From Octopus vulgaris (Eukaryota), in contig OX597820.1 of the NCBI GenBank assembly GCA_951406725.2, positions 118,978,001-119,042,000 of the forward strand: 64,000 nt of DNA, read 5' to 3'. A program made the position numbers and the translations under genes. Positions 13,273 to 27,498 of the stretch are shown one piece after another. The first letter of the stretch is position 1. Each line of letters starts with the position of its first letter. The notes under the pieces were generated by a model that saw only the letters and a list, made by a program, of their open reading frames with translations, was not told where the DNA came from and did no database searches.

Positions 13273-13489
13273 GTGGAGGCGCAATGGTCCAGTGGTTAGG
13301 GCAGCGGACTCGCGGTCGTAGGATCGCGGTTTCGATTCCCAGACCGGACGTTGTAAGTGTTTATTGAGCGAAAACACCTAAAAGCTCCACGAGGCTCCGG
13401 CAGGGGATGGTGGTGATCCCTGCTGTACTCTTTCACCACAACTTTGTCTCACTCTTACTTCCTGTTTCTGTTGTACCTGTATTTCAAAG
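13273..13489 (+). mobile_element. SINE family C, 3'-truncated, flanked by 112/120-bp direct repeats
   Basis: GTGGAGGCGCAATGGTCCAGTGGTTAGGGCAGCGGACTCGCGG...GGTTTCGATTCCC; flanks 13161-13272 and 13490-13609 are near-identical. Confidence 0.9.
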
Positions 13490-14166
13490 GAGACGAGTAT
13501 ATCTACTGCGTCTGTGTAACGACAATATCGAGTTCAGATCGAATGCAAAAACTTGCTGTTCTTCACAATGTTGAAGTCTGTCTTACCATTAAGCTGTACT
13601 ACCAATTAATCCTCTTATTTATGGTCGCCCAATTCGAATCCCCACTTGCTCCAAACAGCATCAAATACTTCTCGAACTTATAGCCTACTCGCCTTAAAAA
13701 AGAACAAGTTTCATAATGCTGCTCAGGGCTCCCATCATGTTAAAAAACAAAACGTTATGTTCAAGTAAAGGGTGCATCGATTCGCTTCTATAATCAATTT
13801 GATCTCCATTCACTTATAGATCGTTCGACATAATCCGTGATGTAATTATTTTTTCTATATCGTTTAATGTCTTTTATTCAAATACTTATAAATATTTTAA
13901 TACTTTCATGTTATGTTCAACATAATTAATTTTTAATAAAATATCCGTTTATTACAGTTTAAATATCTTTTACTTTTTTATATATATACTTAAAAGTTTA
14001 CATTTTATTAAGCTTTCGGAAGGTTATTGAGCGCGGCTATTTCACCCACACCAACGCTCGCTCACATGCCACAAAACACACACACGCACGCACGCACGCT
14101 TACATACCGCAAAACACAGAGAGGCACACAAATGTTTCTATAGATATATTACACAAATAGACAATG

Positions 14167-14213
<47 letters not shown>

Positions 14214-14859
14214 GGTAAATAAATTAAACAAAAATGTGCTTTGAGAAATTACGGAGCGCCGTGTGGCAAGTAATTGAAAAACATCGTCAAATACAGGTAT
14301 AAAAAATACCTTACAACTCAAATCCTTGAATTTATATAACTATCTCCGCCTCTGTTGTGGCCCAGAATCTTAGCAGATATCAAGGTACCTTCTATGGGGT
14401 AAAAAGGTTTTTGTAAAGTTAGAATGAACACCTTATTTGTAGTGAAGACAATCAATATACAAGGAAAACGATAAGATCGATACTCTCTTCCAGCCTGCTC
14501 TAAACCAGGACAGAAATGTACGTCTGTTAAAACTAACATGAAGTCTCTCTGTCCGGTGCGAATTCTGCCGCGGGAAATGGTGATCTCCGGTTCTTCAGTG
14601 TGTCACATTTACCAACAAGCTCCACATGAGAAAGGAAAAACAATTTCAAGGAGAGAAAATACTTCAAATTAAATGCCATAAACAACATGGAAAACTTGTT
14701 CTAATGAGATAATCGGAGTTGTGAGTACGCATTTCTGCCTCCTTAGGCATCGTCAGCTTCTCTGTCTCCAGCAGCTAACAAAAAAGATACTTCCATATAA
14801 ACATGCATATATACACGCTCACATGTATGCATGAATGTATGTCTATATATTTTCTTATA

Positions 14860-15065
14860 TTGCTTTTATTTCTTTAAGTCATTAGACTGCGGCCATGCTG
14901 GGGCATATCCCTGTAGAATTTAGAGTCGAATGAATCGAACTCAACAGTTATTTCTTCTTCAGCCTGGTACTTTTTCTATCAGCGTGTTTGGCCGAATCGC
15001 TAAGTGACGAGGACGTAAGCAAACCAGCACCGGCTACCAAGCGGTGGAGGGGGACAATCTCAGAT
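14860..15065 (-). mobile_element. SINE family B, 3' half (diverged)
   Basis: GTCATTAGACTGCGGCCATGCTGGGGCA...GCCGAATCGCTAAGTGACG. Confidence 0.75.
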
Positions 15066-15131
15066 ACGAAGCAAAATACTCACACACACAAACACATACG
15101 CACGCGCGTACACACAGACACACACACACAC

Positions 15132-15167
<36 letters not shown>

Positions 15168-15382
15168 ATTATTGGTATCTGGCAGACCCAGTTGACGCTG
15201 GGTAAGTGCTATGGACAGACCGTAGTTAAACTTAGAAACAGTTCTAGAAGTATATTTACATCTTTTTCCTTATAAATGTCCTGTAAACTCCTCACACCCT
15301 TGACTTTGTTATATCTCATTTTGTATAATATATATGTGTGTGTGTGTGTATGAATGTATGTATATGTATACATGTATGTATG

Positions 15383-15440
<58 letters not shown>

Positions 15441-15442
<2 letters not shown>

Positions 15443-15600
15443 GGAGTAAACACATAAATGTGATCAAGGTGGAAAAAAGAGTACTCATATACCAGAGTAA
15501 TATGTTTATTTAAAAACAGTAGAAATTTAACAAAAACTGTTACTCGGAACTGAAACTCCGAATAACAGCTTTTGTTACATTTCTGCTGTTTTTAAATTAA
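15441..15600. mobile_element. Two inverted pieces of the hammerhead element seen at 31190, inside (TA)n
   Basis: 15441-15548 is the reverse complement of the 3' part of 31190-31339; 15557-15596 repeats it in forward orientation, giving a roughly 40-bp hairpin. Confidence 0.8.
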
Positions 15601-15658
<58 letters not shown>

Positions 15659-16636
15659 TATATATAACAGTATATATTCAAATATATGTAATGGAAATAT
15701 AATTATTCCAACAAGTTTGTCGCGACGACAAACTGACGGGTATTGTAATATATATAAAAAAACGGTGCTAAACTCTTTTCCGAATTAAGCCATCTTTGTT
15801 ACCATTCCAACCAATCTTAATATGCGTTTTGAATAGCTAGAAATAGCACCCAAATACCGTTAAACATTTATCAACTCAATAAACGAAGCATTAGATAATA
15901 TTTTGCCGGGAACTATTCATATTCGAGAAAGACAGAATGGTGAAGTAAGAAAAGCAAACCCAAAATTTCCTTAAATAACTTATTACATCATTTTGAATAA
16001 TTCATAAGATTATTTTCCCTAATATCGATTAAAGTCGTAAATACGAAGATGTCTATAGGTTTTAATGTTTTCACGTTCCACATAATTATTTTTTAATATA
16101 ATAACCGTTTTATTACAGTTTACTTTCCTATACACACTCCCAAAATTTTAACATTTTATTAAAAATTCTTCACTCTACTGAGCACAATAGAAACAGACAC
16201 TTTGATAAGAACACACGAACACATACTTGAACAGAACAAATACATAGAATGAGACACACACACACACATACACACACACACATACATACACATACATACA
16301 CATGCAAGCACACTCACACACCGATATATATATGTGTGTGTGTATCTGTGTTTCTGTGTGTGTGTTGTGTATGTAAGCCTGAAAGTGCGTGCGTGTGTAT
16401 ATCAAATACACAAAAATGTCTATATATATTATATATCTAGACGTATACATACATTTATATATAGCTATCTATCTGTCTATCTATTAATCTACCTATCCAT
16501 CCATCACTCTCATTCTCATATATATGCATATATACATACATACATACATACATACATACATACATACACACACATATATATATATATATATATACACGTA
16601 CGCTTGTATGTACATATATATTTACACGTATGTATG

Positions 16637-16689
<53 letters not shown>

Positions 16690-17111
16690 GTATATATATA
16701 TATGTATGTATGTATATATACATACAAACTTATATAGCGAAAGAGAGAGATAGAGACAGAGGGAGAGATAGAGGGAGAGGAAAAGAGAAAGATAGAGAAT
16801 ATCTCAGTCTCACGTTCTGCAATACTTGACGATCTTTTTGATTTTGTGGCGCACCGGAGATCAAACGAAATATTACTGGCCAACTTCGCATGGGTGGCTA
16901 AAAAATAAAATATTGTACACTTTCGAAGTTAGGAATTAGAAAAAAAAAAAAATTAGGCAAAATCTATTGCTCTGTGTGTTTTATTAATCCTACTTGTGTA
17001 TATTAAAATTATGAACAACTTGTTTTTGCAAGCACTTCAGAATAATATACAAACTTTTAAGTCTTAAAAATATATTTCCACAAATTGAGTCGCATACATA
17101 TATATACAAAC

Positions 17112-17222
<111 letters not shown>

Positions 17223-17427
17223 TATGTATGTATGTATATATGCATGTACGTACGTATGTATGTGTATATTAATCGGCAGAAAGTATGATGGCATGTGATT
17301 CGTGTTTCGTGTATGCAAATTATCAAACATAAAAAAGACTATTTTATGTAATTACTGGGCGTTCAGTCAGCCACTTTTGTACTTGTGTAACTTTCTGTTA
17401 CTTGAAAAGTTTAAGAGCGAACGAGCA

Positions 17428-17582
17428 TGTACGTAGCCGCAGAAGTTTGTTTCCCAACCACATGGATTCGGGTTCAGTCCCACTACAGGTTACCTTGGGT
17501 AAGTATCTACTATAATAGACTCGGCCCCGATCAAACCATTCTTGTAACTGGATTAGCTAGACAGTAAATGAAAGCTCGCCGT
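17428..17582 (+). mobile_element. SINE family B, decayed 5' part
   Basis: TCCCAACCACATGGATTCGGGTTCAGTCCCACT...CTTGGGTAAGT. Confidence 0.65.
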
Positions 17583-17994
17583 ATACCCATGTAGTGAAGG
17601 CAATCTGTATATCATATTTCATGCAGATATATCACGATATCCCAAATTAATTGAGATTATGTCTTTCAGACTTACAGTGTTAACTAACACAAAAAAATAT
17701 ATAATTTGCTGACGAAAATCAATCCCTGTAACGATTAGGAATGCTAGACGCACCTTCCTGCCTCATTGTGCTTTTTCAGAACCATTTTACCACTGATAAC
17801 CGATTCATAACCATTGTTATTGATATAGGAAAAGAGCAATAAAAGATAATTTCTGATATTGCAAGTAGGTGGCCGGTTGAATAAAATCTCTTTATGTGCA
17901 ACGGAAGCAATATTTTGCCAATTAATGGACAGCGTATAAATAGGATTATTATTGGCATCATTATTTCATTTCGATCTTTATTTATTCCTTTTTT

Positions 17995-18368
17995 TTTTTA
18001 CTTGTTTCAGTTATTTGCTGCAGCGCCACCTTTAGTCTAACAAATTGACCCCAGTACTTATTCTTTTTAAGCCTAGTACTTATTCTATCGGCTATTTTGC
18101 CGAACTGCTAAGTAACAGGAACGTAAACACACCAACATAAGTGCGAAGTGATGGTGGGAAGGGTCAAAGACACACAAATACACAAACACACACACATACG
18201 ACGGATTTCTTTCAGTTTCCGTCTATCCGTCTATCAAGTTCATTCATAAGGCTTTGGTCGGCCCGAAGCTATAGTAGAAGATACATGCCAAGGTGCCACG
18301 CAGTGGGACGGAACCCGGAACCATGTGGCTGGGAAGCAAATTTCTTACCACACAGCCACTCCTGCGCC
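17995..18368 (-). mobile_element. SINE family B
   Basis: Family B head and tail with internal (CA)n. Confidence 0.88.
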
Positions 18369-18679
18369 CATTTAGTTCAAATGGAAGCTTAAACTGAATC
18401 GCCGTTCATCTCCCCTTCTCTCTCACCTACTCTCTCGTTCACTCACTCACTTACTCACTCCCCCCACACACGCACACACATACACTGACTCACTAACTAT
18501 CTGTGTCTCATACTCAAATATGCTAAGCTATCCTTTTCACTTCAGGCTACGTATTCTAATCTACATTTTAGCCGGTCACTCTCCATATATTTTGCGCCAA
18601 CATATTTTTCATAGGGTGATACTCTTTCCATATTTGTTTCAAATGTTGGAAGAAGGCCAGCAAATGGAGAATTCCAAAA

Positions 18680-18838
18680 CACCGACTCTCAGTGTTTAAC
18701 TGGTACATGTCTCATCGACCCCAAAAGGATGAATGGCGAATTCGTCCTTATCGCAACGTGAACTCAGAAGGGAGCGACGGACGAAATGACGCTAAGCATT
18801 TTGTCCGGCCTACTAACGATTCTGTCTGTTCGCCGCCT
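18680..18838 (-). mobile_element. SINE family A-like (old)
   Basis: CTGGTACATGTCTCATCGACCCCAAAAGGATGAA...GAACTCAGAA...GCTAAGCATTT...CGCCGCC. Confidence 0.7.
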
Positions 18839-19013
18839 TTTCTTTCCGCATTATATTCATAATTAAAGCGCGTGCGCGTGTGTGTGTGTATGGTGTATGC
18901 GTATATGGTTACGCATACAGACTAGTATATATAATCTACACGTATGTATGTATTATGTACGTATCTATGTACTTACGTATGTCTGTACATATGTGTGTAT
19001 GTATGTATATGTA

Positions 19014-19054
<41 letters not shown>

Positions 19055-19200
19055 TTACGCATGTATGTGCATATATATATATTTATATATATACATACAT
19101 ATATGCATATATATATACATATATACATACATATATATATATGTACGTACGCATGTATGTGCATATATATATTTATATATATATATACATACATATATGC

Positions 19201-19251
<51 letters not shown>

Positions 19252-20542
19252 TATAATATATACACACATAAAAAACGTTGCTGTCCTCCTGCTCCTCATC
19301 ATCATCAGCAGCAGCAGCAGCAACATCATAATCATTGTCATCCTCTTCATCATCGTCGTAGTTGTCGTAATTTATTCTCCATCTTGCAATATTTTCTTCT
19401 CATTTTCTTGTTCCGTCATTATTCTCGGCTTCTTTTACATTTTTCTTCACACTTGCTGGCTCTATTCTTTTCTTTTTTTTTACTCTCTCTCACACTTTCC
19501 GTATTAAATCCTTAACGTTTTCAGACAGGACATGTTCAGCTTTTCAATATCAAAATTATTTCAGTGAAATCACCACTCACAAGTTCAGCGAGCCGAACGT
19601 GTACATTAAACATTGATGGAATTAAATAATACAACAAACTTTACGCCTAAACCGTCGTGCAGACAACAGGAAGTTTGTACAGATATTTTGTCCGGCGGCA
19701 AAAACTAATGAAGAAATTTATTCCAATACCTTTTCTGCTTACAATTGAGTTGACAGACAATTTGATTAGTTAACTCAAGTAGACTACTACATACAGCCGC
19801 AGCAGCCATTTTGGATTTCTCTGAGTTTTCCTTTTCTCTTTCTGTCATTTTTAAACTTTATGTTTATTATTATATAAGTTGTTATATTTGTTATTTGTGT
19901 TTGTGCCTGCAGTGTTGGTGGTGGTGGCGTCGGTAGGTTTCGGTGGGTGTATTGTTAATTTCTGTTGCTTACGTTGTAGGATGTGAAATTATTGTTCCTG
20001 GCGTTCATGGTGTTGTTAGACATTGCTGTTGTTTTGTAGTCGTTGTTTTTATTTCTTATACTGTCTTTGCTCTTCAAGTTGGTATTTCTGATATAAAAGA
20101 TGGTTTTTGCGGTAGTGTTCTACTTTTTGGCCTTGTGTTTTTGTGTCGTATATTTTTGTCGTTGTTGTTGCTGATACTCTTGGTGTCTTTGACAATGAGG
20201 TATTAGTCTGGGAGGAATTTTGGAATTAAAGCTATATTTCTATGTGGATACGTGAGTGGAAAACCCATATCGGATAATCATCCGAGTCGGTCGTGGTTCA
20301 TATCCCGTCATCTATCGATTACAGTGTGTCGTATCCGTGTACAATTCCCTTCACACATTGGTACTCCAGTTCAGATTGTAACAGGTGTCTATCGGTGCAA
20401 CTGGTTTTAAGTAATTCAACTTTCAAGTAAACGAAAAAAACAAAAACTATTCGTAAGTTTGCAACGTCAAATTATAGTCTCCTTCTTTATATACTTTGGA
20501 GAGGGATGGATATTTCTATAGAGTCCCCCGCCTCAAATTCAT

Positions 20543-20959
20543 TACTCTTCTATACTCTTTTACTTGTTTCAGTCATTTGACTGCGGCCATGCTGGAGCAC
20601 CGCCTTTAGTCGAGCAAATCGACCCCGGGACTTATTCTTTGTAAGCACAGTACTTATTCTATCGGTCTTTTAGACCGAACCGCCAAGTAACGGGGACGTA
20701 AACACACCAGCGTCGGTTGTCAAGCAATGCTAGGGGGACAAACACATACACACAAACACACACACATACACACATATATATATATATACATATATACGAC
20801 AGGCTTCTTTCAGTTTCCCTCTACCAAATCCACTCACAAGGCATTGGTCGGCCCGGAGCTACAGTAGAAGACACTTGCCCAAGATGCCACGCAGTGGGAC
20901 TGAACCCGGAACCATGTGGTTGGTTAGCAAGCTACTTACCACACAGCCACTCCTGTGCC
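20543..20959 (-). mobile_element. SINE family B, near full length
   Basis: High similarity to 22553-22973 and 29081-29486. Confidence 0.92.
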
Positions 20960-21316
20960 TATTGTTTATAAGTTACACTTGAAGTGTCGAGTTAAACCTT
21001 GAGTATATAAGTATAATTGGAGATGGGTACGTTTACGTAAACTCAACTCCATCCACATAAACTACATGTTGATGAAAACATCATAGATGTCCCTAAAGTC
21101 GTGTTACTTCAGCAATGTAACACTTCGATTCACAATTACGCAGGACTGAGTTCAGTTCGTTTTGTGGTTGAAGAACAAACCAAAGTCAAATTCGAAACAA
21201 ATTATAACTCATAATATTTGATGACGTCAGCAATCAATAAAATTGAACAGGTGTTCATTTGTTGTTCACTTAATTGTTTTAATAGGAGAAAGTAAAGTGT
21301 TGCCAATGTAAGTTTG

Positions 21317-21735
21317 GGATCTTTTCGGTTTGAACGACATTTTTTTCTAGTGGTGTCACATGAAATTGTCACCCATAATTATGACCCTAGATTCGATCTA
21401 TTGCATCTCACTCTGTTTTAGAGTTAGGCTTAGCTAGGGTTAGGGTTAGAAGTGGGGGAAGGGTATCTTTTTTCTTCACAAATGTGAATAAAGCCAATCT
21501 GTTTCTTAAACGAGGGAATATTCATACGGCACAGAATGCTTTTTAACTCAATAGACGTCACTGATTGGTTGAAGTTGCAGAAATTGAAGAAAAAATACAA
21601 CAAATATCTTACAAACTATAGAATTTTCTCAATAAAGCCAAGAGAAAAAGATATTTTATAAACACATTCTACCAGTCTACGAAGTTAAACTTTTTTTAGT
21701 TGCTTAGGAATTATGTTAAAAACTGCCCTTCAAAC
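21317..21735. mobile_element. GG-ended MITE, second copy (inverted relative to 56321, one TIR damaged)
   Basis: Starts GGATCTTTTCGGTTTGAACG; internal TTAGGG-like repeats; reverse complement of 56321-56744; right end replaced by repeated AACTGCCCTTCA. Confidence 0.88.
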
Positions 21736-22552
21736 TGCCCTTCAAACTGCCCAAATATAACATATTCATGTCGATGTTAGCAAATTAGATGACATTGAGC
21801 AACTCGGAAATGGATATCGAATCAGTTTCCCTCTCTCGTTACATGCCATTCGTTTATTAAGTAAAACATTCGATGCACTTGATATCAAATACTAAATGTA
21901 TCTGTGTGGATATTTCTCCGAATTAGTAGCATTGGCATCGATGTGTAGGTCCAGTCCAGCTGTTCAAAGATGTATTTTCATTCGGGGGATTGCAAGTAAT
22001 TGAATCTCCATCATTATTCCATCACTAAGCTATAAACAGCGCGGTGCGCGTCAGAATTGCTTGATCAGCAAATGTAAGGCCACAAGGTAATTTTGTGTTT
22101 TGCGTTCAAATACAGCCAAGGCTGACTTTGACATTTATCCGCTGGGAGCCTATAAAAGAAGTAAGAGTAATGTACTGGCAGTCGATATTATTGATTATAC
22201 CAGCCGTTAAATATGTGTGGCTTTGTGTTTATATTAGAAACCTACGAGTTCTTAACTTTAGAAAATATAACTGGTTCTTGTTCCGATATGAATACACAAG
22301 TAACAAGTTTAATTGTGGTCTCATTATATTTGCTACACTAACTGAAACATGCTGTGGAGTCGATGTTTCATTATTTATTTGTTATGGAAAGTAGATTTCT
22401 AACATATTTCATCAGTATAAATCGAAAGTATTTTGGGTAAGCAACCATAAAGAAGTGATGTTGCGGTTGTTGGAGTCGAAACTGATCTGCTACGCAGAAA
22501 CTGCAGCTGGAAGATTTTCAAATTGTCAGGGGTTCACATTTTACTAAGATAT

Positions 22553-22747
22553 CATTCTCTCTCTTTTCTCTTTTACTTGTTTCAGTCATTTGACTGCGGC
22601 CATGCTGGAGCACCGCCTTCAGTCGAGCAAATCGACCCCTAGTACTTATTCTATCGGTCTCTTTTGCCGAACTGCTATGTGACGGGGACGTAAACACACC
22701 AGCATCGGTTTTCAAGCAATGCCAGGGGGACAAACGCAGACAAACAA

Positions 22748-22812
<65 letters not shown>

Positions 22813-22973
22813 CGACAGGCTTCTTTCAGTTTCAGTCTACCAAATCCACTCACAAGGCTTTGGTCGGCCCAGGGCTATAGCAGAAGACAGTTGCCCAAGA
22901 TGCCACGCAGTGGGACTGAACCCGGAACCATGTGGTTGGTTAGCAAGCTACTTACCACGCAGCCACTCCTGCG
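22553..22973 (-). mobile_element. SINE family B with 7-bp TSD
   Basis: TSD AAGATAT at 22546-22552 and 22974-22980; internal (CA)n(TA)n. Confidence 0.92.
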
Positions 22974-23056
22974 AAGATATGGGAAGATATGTTTCTGATT
23001 ATTAAATACTTAATGATGTTAAATAAAATACGGTTTCTCTGAGCTTAACCCATAAA

Positions 23057-23350
23057 AGACTGGCGACGTACCGTAGGAGAGGGAATACAAAAGAGTGACA
23101 GAGAGAGAGAGAGAGGAGAAATGGAAAGACAAGAAAAGACGTCAACAAGAAACTATGGCATTACAACCAGCCAGGAACAGTCTTCGCTACATTTGCGGTA
23201 CCTGCCAGAGGGAGTGTTTGTCTAGGATAGGACTATACAGCCCCAGCAGGAAATGTATCAGGACATGAAATGTAAAAGCCGGACTAGACTAATTTATGCG
23301 CAACTCCATTGTCTCCCGAGACAAAAAGGATGCCAACCAACCAACAACCC
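23057..23350 (+). pseudogene. RTE-type LINE 3' end fragment
   Basis: DWRRTVGEGI...YICGTCQRECLSRIGLYSPSRKC; tail CCATTGTCTCCCGAGACAAAAAGGATGCC(AACC)n. Confidence 0.75.
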
Positions 23351-24768
23351 ATAAACGAATATTCCTATTTTAATACAGAAAGTGTATGACATGAAATATT
23401 TAGTTGCTATTTCTAGCAAGTATAGCTACTATATGTATTATGGTTGGCATGTATTTGTGTTTTCCAAGGGCTATTGAAAACAGAGTTATTTAAAACCATC
23501 TTCGTAGAAACTACTGATAAGCACCATAGCTTCTCGATACTAACATATTGATAAATTACAGTTCAGGTTAAGTGTTTCGAAGGATGCTGAAAGTCAGGTG
23601 GAACATCACAAATGTTTCATGCATATATCCATCGTGTAGCTGCAAATATATTTCCGGCGATGGTCGGTTGTTTTGCAATACGCTTGCTCTTTTCAAATAG
23701 AAATATAGAAATATGGATGCGTTGCAGCGACATATTTTCTTGTCCCATTGTGTCTAAGGATACGTTAGAAAGCGATATATTTTAAAGAATCTAGAATTAT
23801 AATTGAATGAATTCGCATCAATATTTTTGTAGGCCGGATGGTTACTCTGGTGAACGCGATTTTAGGTGCCAAGAATGAAAACATGTTTTTAGCTAATTTG
23901 ATGATGCTGATTCCGAAAATAAGCTTACCTTTTCATGGTTAGCTACCGTATTTCCTGTACTGAAATTACTTTTTTGGAAAAACGATCAATTTACGATTTT
24001 GGCTGATCGCAAAATTTAGTTTAAAAAAGGTAGTAGAAACCCATGAATTTTCAGGTAGGCCGAGCAATTTATGTCAACTACCTGAAATAAACTATTTTCA
24101 TAAGAAAAAGGTGTTTTGAGTCAAGACCTTTAAAATAGAAGTATTGAATTTTCCCAATTTATTGCGAAAATTCAAATTCACTGATATGATAAACTTTATC
24201 AGTAAAACCCTTTAGTAAACCTGATAATTAAGGTGACAAAAAAATGAAACCCTAAAATCTTGTTTCATATTCATGAATTTATCCTATCACTTTTATCCCT
24301 TCAGTTTCTCGCCCTTACTGCCATGGTTGCTTGTATTGTTAATATCTTCCCTTCTATCTCCTGAGGAACGACTGACATCAGGTGACTCCCCCTTTTTCGT
24401 TGTATACCAACATTTTGTTTGCTGCGCAGCACCAGTCGCTTAGCATTTTCCTTTGGTTCTTTGATGGTGTGCAACTCCTGAATGGATATATGCTCATCTA
24501 AGGTCAAAGAATATGCATATCTAAGCTTAACGCCCTGCAGAGATGTAACTTATCTTTATAACGGGATTGAGAATTCGAACCTATGTTCCCCATCGATATT
24601 TCTCTTCTACATTTATTGCACTTGGGGGGAGCCGAGTGGTGCACCATCTCGATTTCGCTTTCACTGTCTCTTTCAAAGAGCAGGTACCAGTAGACCGTAC
24701 ATCATTCGATTGTAGGTTCCAGTTGACGAAGACCACAAAATTCCCAAACATCGTCTTAGGTTTAATAT

Positions 24769-25077
24769 CACGTGATCACCCTGACCGACCAGACCATCAG
24801 ATGTTGTTACACATCGCTGGTCACAATGTGTTCGCATTGTTCTAGCCTCCGAACGACGCCACCCCGCTGGCTAAGTGAGCAGGCCAACAGAAGAAAGAGT
24901 GAGAGAAAGTTGTGGCGAAAGAGTACAGCAGGGATCGCCACCACCCCCTGCCGGAGCCTCATGGAGCTTTAGGTGTTTTCGCTCAGTAAACACTCACAAC
25001 GCCCGGTCTGGGAATCGAAACCGCGATCCTGCGACCGCGAGTCCGCTACCCTAACCACTAGGCCATTGCGCCTCCAC
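24769..25077 (-). mobile_element. SINE family C, tail variant 2, 11-bp TSD
   Basis: TSD AGGTTTAATAT at 24758-24768 and 25078-25088; same tail as the 5842 copy. Confidence 0.92.
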
Positions 25078-25565
25078 AGGTTTAATATACTTGCACATTT
25101 TATCTTGAAGCAAATGTCCGTTACTTTGTCCTATAATACTTTAGTCAATAAAATCATGAGCCGAGGGCGCAGAGTTCCTGCGGTTTATTTCTATTACATA
25201 TTTTATACTTTTCCATGGAAAAACTTATGTTAAAACCATTTTGATTTAAGATATCATCGAATCTAATGGAAATTATTTTTTCAGTTTTGACCTTTCATTA
25301 CTGTCTCTGTTTACATTAATTCTATCTTCTCTTGAGATTTTCTGTCTATTGTCAATGTTTCACTTTATTATATTTCGTGTATTTTTTTAATGATATCATA
25401 AACATTTTCTTACTTCCTTCCATTTTAGAGAATGTTCAACAATTTGTTTTCTGTAGAAATACTGGGAGCAGGAGTGGTGCTACCAGCTTTCTTGACAATA
25501 ACTCCTGCATCTACATCCCATGAACTGGACACCACATTAAAAATGGTCAATGGTCAATTAATATA

Positions 25566-25712
25566 TTCTTTTCTACTCTAGGCACAAATCCCGAAGTTTT
25601 TAGGGAGGGGTTCAGTCGATTAGATCGACCCAGTACGCAACTGGTACTTAATTTATCGATCCCAAAAGGATGAAAGGCAAAGTCAATCTCGGCGGAATTT
25701 GAACTCGGAACT
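25566..25712 (-). mobile_element. SINE family A variant (alternative tail ...GTGCCTAGAGTAGAAAAGAA), partial
   Basis: Family A core CTGGTACTTAATTTATCGATCCCAAAAGGATGAAAGGCAAAGTC with a different 3' segment. Confidence 0.75.
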
Positions 25713-26043
25713 AACGGGTTTATATGATCCTTTGATTGAAACTAATCCGAAAACGAAAACCCTCATCCAGTGAACATGGTGAAAGAATGTAATCGCATCG
25801 GGTGAGAGAGTCGTTTGCCATATCTTACTTATTCCTTAATAATGTTGGTCATACAGGTGTACTTAGAAAGCTTTTGTCAATTTCGAAAGACCCCGTGCCC
25901 AGGGCGATGGGTCGGGCAAGATTCATTGTGAAAGAATAGCAATGACACGTGTATGTCGGTATTCACACACTCCACTCACGCATTCACTCACTCCACTCAC
26001 GCATTCACTCACTCTCTCTCACTTTCTCTCACTCATGATGTCG

Positions 26044-26445
26044 GTCTTGTTTCAGTCATTTGACTATGGCCATAGTGGAGCACGGCCTTTAGTCGAGCAA
26101 ATCGAACCCAGGTCTTATTCTTTGCCTAGTACTTATTCTATTGGTCTCTTTTGCCGAACCACTAAGTTACGGGGACGTAAACACACCAAAATCGGTTGTC
26201 AAGCGATGATGGGGGGGACAAACAAACACACAAACATATACACACATATAGATACATATATACATATGTATATATATATATATATATGTATGAGCTTCTT
26301 TCAGTTTCTGTCTACCAAATCCACTCACAAAGCTTTGGTCGGCCCGAGGTTATAGTAGAAGACACTTGCCCAAGATGCCATGCAGTGGGACTGAATCCGG
26401 AACCATGTGGTTGATAAGCAAGCTACTTACCACACAGTCACTTCT
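26044..26445 (-). mobile_element. SINE family B
   Basis: Family B body. Confidence 0.88.
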
Positions 26446-26736
26446 ACACCTATATATAACGAGGTTGAGAAAACTAGTTCCCCGTACGTTGGAGACGTTG
26501 ACGTCAAAACGCAGAGAACTGACATAGATAACACAATGCAACCTCGTCTGACGAGTTTAAATCTCGGCTGATTAAAAGCATTGAGCTGATATTTTTAATG
26601 ACCTTGCTTGTATGAAAGGTAATGTAGACACTTCCTGTGATTAGCCTGAACAAACAATGGAAAGCTTTCTAATCGATCCGTCTCTCTGAGGACATTGATG
26701 AATTGATGATAAACAAAAAATATCCACAAGCAGTTA

Positions 26737-26816
<80 letters not shown>

Positions 26817-26838
26817 ATAATAATAATAATAATAATAA

Positions 26839-27392
26839 ATGCCCTGATGCAGTACCAGGCATTGGCTCTCGTGGCTTCTGATCTTAACTGATTGGAAGTG
26901 TTATCATGTACGTTGTTTTGTCTTGGTATAAAAGATGGGCTACAGCAAATATTCTGCTCAATACCACAGATTTGCTTGTCAGTTGTTTGACCTTAACCAG
27001 TTGAGCATGTCCCTTAGTGGCTGATCATATGTGCATCTCTGATCACGAGCTGAAGTAGTGGGGGAGCATCATAGCCATGTGTTGAGAGGGATTCTTTGGG
27101 GTTTGAATAATTCATCTCTAGAAACATGGGTGGTTCATTCAACATCCTTAAAGAAACCTTATTCAGGGACTTTTTGAGCGGGATGGCTTACTCGACCAGA
27201 AGAAAATTCTAACTTCATTCCCGCAAGGTCATGTGATGTTTATCTTGATATGAGATCACCATGTCGCGCACATATGGTTTTGATGCATGTGCCTAGTGTA
27301 CTCTTATCAGACGGGTAGTTATGATGGGTATACTGGGCTTCGTATATTTTACCTCAGTGTCACTTTGAGGGCATGCACTTCTCTTTCACTCA
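26839..27392. mobile_element. About 550-bp non-coding insert bounded by (CTA/TAA)n and (CAA/TAA)n tracts; probable microsatellite-targeting repeat
   Basis: Sharp-edged complex sequence between trinucleotide arrays; no ORF; single copy in this window. Confidence 0.45.
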
Positions 27393-27394
27393 AT

Positions 27395-27434
<40 letters not shown>

Positions 27435-27445
27435 CCAACAACAAC

Positions 27446-27498
<53 letters not shown>

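Noticed and set aside
13273-13345. tRNA gene
   Set aside because: The tRNA-like head continues into a multi-copy SINE body.
14318-14780. Possible LINE AP-endonuclease remnant on the minus strand
   Set aside because: Only vague motif resemblance; needs an HMM search.
23865-24760. Possible DNA-transposon end and transposase-like ORF pieces
   Set aside because: No TIR pair, TSD or diagnostic motif could be confirmed by eye.
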